The notes under the pieces are model-generated. The model saw nothing but the letters and a program-made list of their open reading frames with translations, made no database searches and had not been told where the DNA came from. A stretch of DNA of 46,616 bases from positions 1 through 46,616 of the forward strand of contig JANQHR010000032.1 in assembly GCA_028282585.1 (NCBI GenBank), given 5' to 3'. Numbering within the stretch: position 1 is the stretch's first letter; each line of letters begins with the position of its first letter. The DNA comes from Bacteroidales bacterium. Lineage in GTDB: Bacteria; Bacteroidota; Bacteroidia; Bacteroidales; UBA12077. The position numbers and the translations under genes were made by a program. Of this stretch, positions 38,280 through 46,616 are shown one piece after another.

Positions 38280-39643
38280 CTCCTTTTGAATAAAGATCTA
38301 AAAAGTTCTTCAACCCTTGATATTTTTATAATTTCAATTTTAAATTTTGCTTGTTCCAAACCTTTCGTATTGAATTTAGATATGTAAATCTTTTTAAACC
38401 CTAATTTATCGGCCTCACCAACCCTTTGCTCTATCCTTGCTACAGGACGAATTTCTCCGGTTAAACCAACTTCACCGGAAAAACACACACTTCTTTCTAT
38501 TGGCATATCCAGGTTTGATGAAAGTACAGAAGCAATCACAGCTAAGTCGGTAGCCGGATCATCAACTTTGATTCCTCCTGCAATATTCAAAAATACATCT
38601 TTTAAAGCAAGTTTAAATCCTGCACGTTTTTCTAAAACTGCTAATAACATTCCTAAGCGCCTATTATCAAATCCGGTTGATGACCTTTGTGGTGTTCCAT
38701 AGGCTGCTGAACTCACTAAAGCCTGAATTTCAATCAATAAAGGTCTTGCTCCATTAATTGTTGAAGCAATAGATGTTCCACTTATGTTATCATCAGATTG
38801 AGTAATTAAAATTTCTGAAGGATTAGGTACTTCAACGAGGCCTTTATGGCCCATTTCAAATATACCCAGCTCCGATGTGGATCCGAAACGGTTTTTAGTT
38901 GTACGTAAAATCCTGTACATATGATTATGATCGCCCTCAAATTGTAATACTGTGTCTACAATATGTTCCAAAACTTTTGGTCCAGCCAAGTTTCCATCCT
39001 TAGTAATATGACCTATTAAAAACACAGGAACATTTTTCTCTTTTGCAAATTTCAATAATGCTGCAGCTGTTTCCCTTATTTGAGAGACTGTTCCTGCTGA
39101 TGACTCTAGTTTGTCAGAATATAAAGTTTGAATTGAGTCAATAATGATCAAATCCGGAGAAACATTCAAAGCTTGTGTTAATATATTTTCGAGTAAAGTC
39201 TCACTTAATATCAAGCATTTATTATTTTGAAGATTTAGTCTGTCCGCTCTCATCTTAATTTGCTGAGGGCTCTCTTCTCCTGAAATATAAAGCACATTTA
39301 AATGATCCAGCCTTAAAGCAACCTGTAAAGAAAGTGTTGACTTCCCAATACCAGGCTCGCCACCTATTAGTATCATTGACCCTGATACTAACCCTCCACC
39401 AAGGATACGATCCAATTCATTAATTTTTGTAGATATTCGACCTTCTTTCTTAGCTTTTATCTCCGATATTTTTTGTGGAATCTGTTTCTCAGATTCATAT
39501 ATTGCCTGACTTTGCTTTGCCGACTTAGAGACAATCTGTTCAACGTATGTATTCCATTCTCCACACGATGGGCATCGACCAATCCATTTTGCGGATTCAG
39601 CGCCACAATTCTGACAAAAGTATACCGTTTTAGGTTTTGCCAT
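38276..39643 (-). CDS. radA: DNA repair protein RadA/Sms
   Basis: C4 zinc finger, GEPGIGKS, KNRFG, Lon-like C-terminus. Confidence 0.97.
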   Translation of the reverse strand: MAKPKTVYFCQNCGAESAKWIGRCPSCGEWNTYVEQIVSKSAKQSQAIYESEKQIPQKISEIKAKKEGRISTKINELDRILGGGLVSGSMILIGGEPGIGKSTLSLQVALRLDHLNVLYISGEESPQQIKMRADRLNLQNNKCLILSETLLENILTQALNVSPDLIIIDSIQTLYSDKLESSAGTVSQIRETAAALLKFAKEKNVPVFLIGHITKDGNLAGPKVLEHIVDTVLQFEGDHNHMYRILRTTKNRFGSTSELGIFEMGHKGLVEVPNPSEILITQSDDNISGTSIASTINGARPLLIEIQALVSSAAYGTPQRSSTGFDNRRLGMLLAVLEKRAGFKLALKDVFLNIAGGIKVDDPATDLAVIASVLSSNLDMPIERSVCFSGEVGLTGEIRPVARIEQRVGEADKLGFKKIYISKFNTKGLEQAKFKIEIIKISRVEELFRSLFKRS

Positions 39644-39644
39644 A

Positions 39645-40136
39645 TTAGCATATTTTCAATTTATCTATAATAGAACTTGTTGAATAACCTTCAATAAAAT
39701 CAATTGTTACCACTTCACCTCCTTTTGCCTTTACGACATCATATCCAACAATATCCTCTACTTTATAATCACTTCCTTTAACCAATACATCCGGTTGTAC
39801 TTTTTTAATTAGTTCATACGGAGTATCTTCATCAAACATAATAACTGCACTAACATAGTGCAAGGATGCCATTAGCATTGCTCTTGCATATTCATCTTGA
39901 ACTGGCCTGGTATTACCCTTTAATCGTTTTACGGAACTATCGGTATTTAAACCAATTACCAATACATCACCATGATTTGCAGCCTGAGCTAAATATTCAA
40001 CATGACCCCGATGCAAAATATCAAAGCAACCATTGGTAAAAACTATTTTTTGGCTTTTTAAGTTCCAGTAAGTTAAAAGTGGTTCAATATCATTTATATC
40101 AACAATCTTTGATTGAATAACATTCAGTTTATCCAT
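39645..40136 (-). CDS. rfaE2: D-glycero-beta-D-manno-heptose 1-phosphate adenylyltransferase (RfaE domain II)
   Basis: FTNGCFDILHRGH, GLNTDSSV, LVKGSDY, STSSII. Confidence 0.9.
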   Translation of the reverse strand: MDKLNVIQSKIVDINDIEPLLTYWNLKSQKIVFTNGCFDILHRGHVEYLAQAANHGDVLVIGLNTDSSVKRLKGNTRPVQDEYARAMLMASLHYVSAVIMFDEDTPYELIKKVQPDVLVKGSDYKVEDIVGYDVVKAKGGEVVTIDFIEGYSTSSIIDKLKIC

Positions 40137-40165
40137 AAACTAGTTTTTAAGATGAATCAGTAAAT

Positions 40166-41182
40166 TTATATATTATTTTTTCTTTTCTTACGAGAATCCA
40201 GAAATAACATCACCACAGAAAAAGCACCAAGCAAAATGGCAAGAATAGCTTGTGATTCGTGCTGGATAGTTGCGAAAACCAATCCATCTTCACGTGAAAT
40301 TCCGTAAAGAGAAAGTGCAAGTGAAACAATCCAGTGAAATGCTCCAATTCCTCCCTGAACAGGGGCTGCCATTCCTAATCCTCCAATTACCAATAAAAAT
40401 AATCCATCAATTGGTTTTAATGATTGAGTGGCAGGTATAGAAAAAACGACAACATAAGTCATTAAAAAATACATAAACCAAATTAGCAATGTATGCAGAA
40501 GAAAAGCCGTACGATTCTTCATTTTAGTTACCGTTTTTATTCCGGATATAACCCCACGGATTATCTTTCGAACTTTAATAACAATTTTTGATCTTTTATA
40601 TCTTTTTCTAAAATAATAGGCTAAATAAATAGAAGAACCAAAAACAGTTATAATAATCAGCCAGTACAAAATAGGAAAATCTACTATATTAATAAACCTC
40701 TTAGAAAATGGAATAAAAATATTATCCTTTATGAACAATCCGAATGATTCAATTTTAGCAATGAAAATTACAAATAATAAAATCAATAAAGTAACTAAAT
40801 CTATTGCGCGCTCAATTATCACAGTTCCAATAAGAGCATCCATTGGTATTTTATCTGATTTTGCCAAAGATCCGCATCTGCTAACCTCTCCAATTCTTGG
40901 AAATACAAAATTTGCCAGGTAACCAAACATTACAGCGTAAAATACATTTTTTACCGGCGGATTATAATTTAAGGGCTCAATAAGAAGTTTCCATCGATAG
41001 GCTCTACTTATATATCCTATAACAGCAAAGAATAAAGATAACAATACCCATAGGTAGTTGGCGCTTTTTAAATCATCCACCAAAGTATTAAAATCGACGC
41101 CTTTAAATGCTATGTATAAAAGAAAAATACCTATAGCTAAAAAAACGAAAAAATTAATTACCCTAAGGATTTTACGTTTCAA
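40166..41182 (-). CDS. LPG-synthase TM / flippase-like membrane protein
   Basis: RAYRW, N...PRIGE..R, ER..D, PVQGGIGAFH; TTG start. Confidence 0.85.
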   Translation of the reverse strand: MKRKILRVINFFVFLAIGIFLLYIAFKGVDFNTLVDDLKSANYLWVLLSLFFAVIGYISRAYRWKLLIEPLNYNPPVKNVFYAVMFGYLANFVFPRIGEVSRCGSLAKSDKIPMDALIGTVIIERAIDLVTLLILLFVIFIAKIESFGLFIKDNIFIPFSKRFINIVDFPILYWLIIITVFGSSIYLAYYFRKRYKRSKIVIKVRKIIRGVISGIKTVTKMKNRTAFLLHTLLIWFMYFLMTYVVVFSIPATQSLKPIDGLFLLVIGGLGMAAPVQGGIGAFHWIVSLALSLYGISREDGLVFATIQHESQAILAILLGAFSVVMLFLDSRKKRKNNI

Positions 41183-41186
41183 GGAT

Positions 41187-41537
41187 CTAAACTAATTTAT
41201 TATTGGCTGTATCGGGAAATATTAAAACGGGCTTGAAGTTTTTGGCTTCTTCAAAGTCCATTGAAGCATAAGAGATAATAATAATAACATCTCCAACCGT
41301 TGCTTTTCTTGCAGCAGGACCATTTAGGCATATTTCACCGGAGCCTCTTTCTCCTTTGATTACATATGTCTCCAAACGTTCTCCATTGTTAATATTAACA
41401 ACCTGCACTTTTTCATTTTCTATAATATTGGAAGCATCCAATAAATCCTCATCAATTGTAATACTTCCAACATATTGTAAGTTTGCTTCTGTAACAGTTA
41501 CTTTATGTATTTTTGACTTTACAACTTCAATATTCAT
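41187..41537 (-). CDS. panD: Aspartate 1-decarboxylase
   Basis: KSKIH, YVG|SITID self-cleavage site, TYVI, NGPAAR. Confidence 0.97.
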   Translation of the reverse strand: MNIEVVKSKIHKVTVTEANLQYVGSITIDEDLLDASNIIENEKVQVVNINNGERLETYVIKGERGSGEICLNGPAARKATVGDVIIIISYASMDFEEAKNFKPVLIFPDTANNKLV

Positions 41538-41564
41538 GATTAGTTAACTAATTTTGGCACAAAT

Positions 41565-42410
41565 TTAAGAATAAAATCTAATATTATCTATGAGGCGAAC
41601 TTTGCCTACATGTACAGCAATGCATCCCACTTTTTCTCCTTTCTGACTCCAATTGTCAATTGGTTCCAGGCTAGATTCATCAACTATTTCAAAGTATTCT
41701 ACGTTTAAATAAGGATTATCGTTTATTGTACGAATCACCCAATCCTTTGTTTCTGAAACAGTCATTTTTTTTGACCTTTCTCTGGCTTCAAAAATTGTTT
41801 TCGAAATTAAAGAAACATTCATCCTTTGATCCGTTGTAAGCAAGGTATTTCTTGAGCTCATTGCGAGTCCATCTTTTTCCCTGATAATTGGGCAAGGAAC
41901 TATTTCTATATTGAATCCTAATTGCTTGGTTATATGCTTTATAACTGCAACCTGCTGAAAATCTTTTTCCCCAAAATAAGCTTTATGCGGATTTACAATT
42001 TCAAAAAGTTTACTCACTACTAATGCTACTCCTTTGAAATGTCCCGGGCGGTGTTCCCCTTCCATAACTTTATCAAGATTGCCAAAATTGAATTCCCGAT
42101 TATCTTCTTCAGGATACATTTCATTTTCTTCCGGCGTGAAAACATAATCGCATTTAACTTTTTTTAACTTTTCAATATCAACATCCATGGTTCTTGGATA
42201 TCTATCATAGTCATCTTTATCGTTAAACTGAGTGGGATTAACAAAAATACTTACAATAATGATATCATTATAATGGTTTGCGTTTTCAATTAGCGACAAA
42301 TGCCCTTGATGTAAAGCTCCCATGGTTGGAACAAATCCTATTGAATTACCTTGAGACTTTAAATTTTCAACTTCTTTTGTTAGTTTTTTTGCACTTTTTA
42401 GAATTTTCAT
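41565..42410 (-). CDS. panC: Pantoate--beta-alanine ligase
   Basis: PTMGALHQGH, FVNPTQF, RPGHF, GEKDFQQ, LAMSSRN, RLIDN. Confidence 0.97.
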   Translation of the reverse strand: MKILKSAKKLTKEVENLKSQGNSIGFVPTMGALHQGHLSLIENANHYNDIIIVSIFVNPTQFNDKDDYDRYPRTMDVDIEKLKKVKCDYVFTPEENEMYPEEDNREFNFGNLDKVMEGEHRPGHFKGVALVVSKLFEIVNPHKAYFGEKDFQQVAVIKHITKQLGFNIEIVPCPIIREKDGLAMSSRNTLLTTDQRMNVSLISKTIFEARERSKKMTVSETKDWVIRTINDNPYLNVEYFEIVDESSLEPIDNWSQKGEKVGCIAVHVGKVRLIDNIRFYS

Positions 42411-42511
42411 ATTCGTTCAAATAAGTCGAATAAAATGTTGCCGCACAAAGTAAAAAATAATATTTCAATTATTAACAACATATTCACTTGTTAAGTTTAA
42501 GGAAATAGTAA

Positions 42512-42545
42512 TTTGTTGATGATTAATAAATTTTTACTAATTTTG
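42512..42545 (+). promoter_or_regulatory. Promoter of the GT5-like / DUF4270 / glmS operon
   Basis: TTTG (42512-42515) and TAATTTTG (42538-42545). Confidence 0.55.
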
Positions 42546-42574
42546 CGGTGGTTTAAATTAATTTGAGTTTCCAG

Positions 42575-43378
42575 ATGGAAAATACGAAGGTTTTATTTAT
42601 CTCGCAAGAAATTACTCCATACTTACCGGAAAGCAAAATGTCTTTAATAGGACGTTATTTGCCACAAGGAATTCAAGAAAAGGGAAGAGAAATACGAACA
42701 TTTATGCCCAGATATGGATTAATAAATGAACGACGCAACCAGTTGCATGAAGTTATTCGCCTTTCTGGTATGAATCTTATTATAAACGATACTGATCATC
42801 CGTTAATTATAAAGGTAGCTTCTATTCAAGCAGCTAGAATGCAGGTTTATTTTATTGACAATGAGGACTATTTTCATAGGAAAGCAACTTTTCAAAATGA
42901 AGAAGGAAAGCAATTTGAAGATAATGATGAGCGAGCGATTTTCTTTGCCAGGGGAGTACTAGAAACTGTGAAAAAATTAAGATGGGCACCTGATATTATT
43001 CATTGCCATGGGTGGTTTACCAGTCTTGTTCCTTTATACATTAAAAAAGCGTATAACGAAGATCCTTTATTTGCTAATTCAAAATTAGTATACTCTGCAT
43101 ATAATGATGAATTTAGCTCTCCTCTAAATAAACAATTCAAGGATAAAATTATATTTGAAAATATAACATCAAATGATGTTAAAATTTTAAAAGAACCTAC
43201 ATACCTTAATTTGAGTAAGCTTGCTATTAATATGTCAGATGCTACAATCATAGGAAGTGAAACAATAAATCCGGAATTAGAAAGTTTTATTAAAGATTCT
43301 GGTAAACCTTACCTGGATTTTAAATCGGAAGAAGAATATGTTGATGCTTACTCAGAGTTTTATGATAAAATACTTTAA
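42575..43378 (+). CDS. Glycogen/starch synthase N-terminal-domain (Glyco_transf_5) protein
   Basis: FMPRYG, YFIDN..YF.R, DNDERAIFF, PDIIHCHGW; only about 267 aa; ATG 42575. Confidence 0.85.
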   Translation: MENTKVLFISQEITPYLPESKMSLIGRYLPQGIQEKGREIRTFMPRYGLINERRNQLHEVIRLSGMNLIINDTDHPLIIKVASIQAARMQVYFIDNEDYFHRKATFQNEEGKQFEDNDERAIFFARGVLETVKKLRWAPDIIHCHGWFTSLVPLYIKKAYNEDPLFANSKLVYSAYNDEFSSPLNKQFKDKIIFENITSNDVKILKEPTYLNLSKLAINMSDATIIGSETINPELESFIKDSGKPYLDFKSEEEYVDAYSEFYDKIL

Positions 43379-43385
43379 GAAATTT

Positions 43386-44660
43386 ATGAATACAAAATTT
43401 GTCCTTTCATTTCCTAGAAATGTATTGAATATATTTTTAGGAATTATTGTTTTAGTGATTACATCATGCGAACACGACCCAAGTTCATTAGGGTCGAATC
43501 TTTTACCAGGTAACATTGAATATAGATACGACACAACTGTAACTTTTAAAGCGTCAGTTTTCGAAGATGAGCCATTAAATACCAGCAATTTACAATTGTA
43601 TTCGCTAGGTGTAATAGACGATGAATACTTTGGTAATTTCACAGGTAAGTTTGTGGGACAATTTTTACCTTCCCAATTTTATGATACTGATTCAACGGTT
43701 TCAACTTTTGATATAGATTCTGCTGTAATATATTTATTAATTGATTCCATTTATGGATCTCAAAATAGTGGTTTAAAGTTCAGCGCTTATGAGTTAAGCA
43801 ATGATATAGATAAAGATAATGATTATTATTCTGATGAAGATTTATCGAACTTCTTTTTAGAATCAGATTTAATTAGTACAAGTAGCAATATTCAAGGAGA
43901 TACTTTAATTAGAATAAGACTTAGCTCTGAATATGCAAATAAACTTATTCCGGAAGATTATAATGATACAATATATAAAAATCCAACTAATTTTTTAGAC
44001 TTTTTTAAAGGAATGGCTATCGTTCCTGAAATAACAAATTCTCCAGGAGGATTAATAGTAACTAATTTTTCTAATACTGATTCAAAAATCGTAATGTATT
44101 ATAACGATACATTAATGTTTAATCATCATTTCCTTTCCGGAGCCAGATTTGCCAGTTATACTAATGATTACAGCGCTTCAGGTGCAAATGATTTTTTAAT
44201 AAATTCGGATAACGAAAATGATAGTCTTATTTTTCTACAAGGAATACATGGATTGAGTTCTAGTTTAACCTTTGAAGATCTGGATTCCTGGATCGATAAT
44301 GATTCTGCCTATTCTGTTATAAATGCCGAACTATTTATTCCCGTTTACAAAGATCCTAATTACGAATTATTCAATCCTCCTTCTAATCTTTATATGTATT
44401 ATACACCTGATACTACAAACGTCCTAATATGGGATTATGCTGATTTTTTAAATAATAACGGCTTTTTTGATGGCAGTTATGATCCTGAAAACGGTTATTA
44501 TAGATTCTTTATACCTAAACATTTAATGAGTATCTTAAATCAGGATATTGAGATCCAAACAATAAATTTAACAATAAACAAAAAAACCACATACCCTAAT
44601 AGAGTAATATTAAGAACCGGAGATAATATTAAGTTAAAGTTTACATACACTAAACATTAA
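43386..44660 (+). CDS. DUF4270-like surface lipoprotein (BamH-like)
   Basis: Lipobox ITSC then EHD; SLGSNLLP, LG...D.YFG, FFKG; conserved position between the GT5-like gene and glmS; start moved to ATG 43386. Confidence 0.75.
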   Translation: MNTKFVLSFPRNVLNIFLGIIVLVITSCEHDPSSLGSNLLPGNIEYRYDTTVTFKASVFEDEPLNTSNLQLYSLGVIDDEYFGNFTGKFVGQFLPSQFYDTDSTVSTFDIDSAVIYLLIDSIYGSQNSGLKFSAYELSNDIDKDNDYYSDEDLSNFFLESDLISTSSNIQGDTLIRIRLSSEYANKLIPEDYNDTIYKNPTNFLDFFKGMAIVPEITNSPGGLIVTNFSNTDSKIVMYYNDTLMFNHHFLSGARFASYTNDYSASGANDFLINSDNENDSLIFLQGIHGLSSSLTFEDLDSWIDNDSAYSVINAELFIPVYKDPNYELFNPPSNLYMYYTPDTTNVLIWDYADFLNNNGFFDGSYDPENGYYRFFIPKHLMSILNQDIEIQTINLTINKKTTYPNRVILRTGDNIKLKFTYTKH

Positions 44661-44664
44661 AAAT

Positions 44665-46500
44665 ATGTGTGGAATTGTAGGTTACATAGGCAATAAACAA
44701 GCATATCCAATCTTAGTAAATGGATTAAAGAGGCTTGAATACAGAGGATATGATTCAGCAGGCATATCGTTGTTGAACAAAGAATTAAAAATCTATAAAA
44801 AAAGAGGGAAAGTTTGTGATTTAGAAGATCATGTAGCTAAAGAGGATATTACGGGAAATATCGGAATTGGTCATACACGTTGGGCAACTCATGGTGAACC
44901 AAACGACATAAATGCACATCCCCATGTTTCGATGAATGGTCATTTTGTTTTAATTCATAATGGGATCATCGAAAATTACAGTCGTTTAAAAGAACGATTA
45001 AAAGACAGGGGTTATGAATTTAATACAGAAACGGACACAGAAGTTTTAGCAAACTTAATAGAATATATTTATATAAAAGGTAATGTAAGTGCAGAAATAG
45101 CTGTTCGGCTTGCGCTTTCTAAAGTAGTTGGAGCATACGGCCTGGCAATTATTTGCAGGGATGAACCGGATAAGTTAATTGCAGCAAGAAAAGGGAGTCC
45201 TCTTGTAATTGGAGTTGGCAAGGGTGAATATTATATTGCTTCGGATGCTACTCCGATTGTAGAACATACGAAAAGTGTTATATACCTTAACGACGATGAT
45301 GTTGCAATTCTAGGTCGTGATGGCCTTACATTAAAAACAATTAAAAATGATCAACTTACTCCAAAAGTTCAAAAAATTGATTTAGACATTGGAGAAATCG
45401 AAAAGAATGGTTTTGATCATTTTATGCTTAAAGAGATTTTTGAACAACCGCGTTCAATTCTTGATACATTCAGAGGAAGAGTTTCTCTTGATAAAAATGA
45501 AATCCATTTAGGCGGCTTACATTATGTAATGCCCAAGCTGATTGATGCAAAAAGAATCATCATTATTGGTTGCGGAACTTCATGGCATGCAGGACTTGTT
45601 GGTGAATATTTAATTGAAGATTTAGCCAGAATACCGGTTGAAGTTGAGTATGCATCGGAATTCAGATATAGGAACCCGGTAATTAATGAAGATGACATAG
45701 TTATCGCAATAAGTCAGAGTGGTGAAACGGCAGATACTCTAGCAGCAATCCGCTTGGCCAAACAGGCAGGTGCAACTGTATTAGGAATATGTAATGTTGT
45801 TGGTTCAAGTATTCCCAGAGAAACGCATGGTGGTGTTTATACGCATGCAGGTCCGGAAATTGGAGTTGCTTCGACCAAAGCGTTTACTGCACAAGTAACG
45901 GTTCTTGCTATGATTGCAATGTCATTAGGATATCAAAAAAAGATTCTAGACAATGAAACTTATTCAAAACTTATTTCTGAGTTACATGATATTCCTGCAA
46001 AAATTGAGAAGATATTAACTAATAACGATGAATACTTAAGAGTAAGTGATTTATATAAAGACGCAACCAATTTCCTTTATTTAGGCAGAGGTTATTTATA
46101 CCCGGTAGCATTAGAAGGTGCTCTTAAGCTAAAAGAGATCTCATATATTCATGCTGAAGGTTATCCTGCCGCAGAAATGAAACACGGGCCTATTGCATTA
46201 ATTGATGAGAAGATGCCTGTTGTAGTTGTTGCAACCAAAGATAAATCTTATGAAAAGATTGTAAGTAATATTCAGGAAGTAAAAGCTCGTAAAGGTATTG
46301 TAATTGCTGTTGTAAATGAAGGAGATAAAACAATTGAAAGTATGGCAGATCACGTTTTAGAGATTCCTGAAACAAGAGAAGAACTTTCTGCTTTATTAAC
46401 GGTAATTCCATTACAATTACTTTCATATCACATTGCTGTGCTAAGAAGCTGTAATGTTGATCAGCCAAGAAATCTGGCTAAGTCGGTAACGGTAGAGTAA
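44665..46500 (+). CDS. glmS: Glutamine--fructose-6-phosphate transaminase
   Basis: MCGIVG, LEYRGYDSAG, GHTRWATHG, SQSGET, VASTK, PRNLAKSVTVE. Confidence 0.98.
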   Translation: MCGIVGYIGNKQAYPILVNGLKRLEYRGYDSAGISLLNKELKIYKKRGKVCDLEDHVAKEDITGNIGIGHTRWATHGEPNDINAHPHVSMNGHFVLIHNGIIENYSRLKERLKDRGYEFNTETDTEVLANLIEYIYIKGNVSAEIAVRLALSKVVGAYGLAIICRDEPDKLIAARKGSPLVIGVGKGEYYIASDATPIVEHTKSVIYLNDDDVAILGRDGLTLKTIKNDQLTPKVQKIDLDIGEIEKNGFDHFMLKEIFEQPRSILDTFRGRVSLDKNEIHLGGLHYVMPKLIDAKRIIIIGCGTSWHAGLVGEYLIEDLARIPVEVEYASEFRYRNPVINEDDIVIAISQSGETADTLAAIRLAKQAGATVLGICNVVGSSIPRETHGGVYTHAGPEIGVASTKAFTAQVTVLAMIAMSLGYQKKILDNETYSKLISELHDIPAKIEKILTNNDEYLRVSDLYKDATNFLYLGRGYLYPVALEGALKLKEISYIHAEGYPAAEMKHGPIALIDEKMPVVVVATKDKSYEKIVSNIQEVKARKGIVIAVVNEGDKTIESMADHVLEIPETREELSALLTVIPLQLLSYHIAVLRSCNVDQPRNLAKSVTVE

Positions 46501-46516
46501 TTTTTAATATAAAACA

Positions 46517-46553
46517 GAAAAGAAGCTGTCTCAAAAGGGCAGCTTTCTTTTTT
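46517..46553 (+). terminator. Intrinsic terminator after glmS
   Basis: AAGCTGTC pairs with GGCAGCTT, followed by TCTTTTTT. Confidence 0.8.
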
Positions 46554-46616
46554 AAATAAATTGACATAATCTTTATTTTGTCTAACAAATTGATTATCTT
46601 AGAGAAACACGACTAA

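Noticed and set aside
42469-42522. Weak DnaA-box-like 9-mers (TTATTAACA, TGTTGATGA)
   Set aside because: Two mismatches each; expected by chance in AT-rich DNA
44640-44665. glmS ribozyme
   Set aside because: Only 4 nt separate the upstream gene from glmS
1-46616. CRISPR array, tRNA, rRNA, IS element, prophage or defence system
   Set aside because: No regularly spaced repeats, cloverleaf or rRNA motifs, transposase, integrase or phage genes seen; intergenic gaps are all under about 230 nt

Overview
AT-rich bacterial chromosomal window, densely coding, from a Bacteroidota member (probably an anaerobic or facultative Bacteroidales lineage). Support for that placement: porP-gldKLMN, TAnnTTTG promoter boxes, no obvious Shine-Dalgarno sites, and Gln after most signal peptides. 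About 38 CDSs. Housekeeping: trpS, zupT, serine dehydratase, ppk2, mlaEF, manC, topA, PBP1a, radA, rfaE2, panCD, glmS. Also present: the type IX secretion/gliding motor operon; an outer-membrane cluster (large membrane-anchored protein, acidic lipoprotein, DUF5723-like barrel, FadL-like barrel); and a compact sulfur module (SQR-like flavoprotein, DUF1641, single-Cys TusE/DsrC, DsrE2) divergent from a Cys-containing Crp/Fnr regulator, with a perfect 18-bp FNR-box-like palindrome between them. That module is the best candidate for an uncharacterised system. I saw no rRNA, tRNA, CRISPR array, transposase or prophage. All family calls come from motif recognition by eye, not from database searches.
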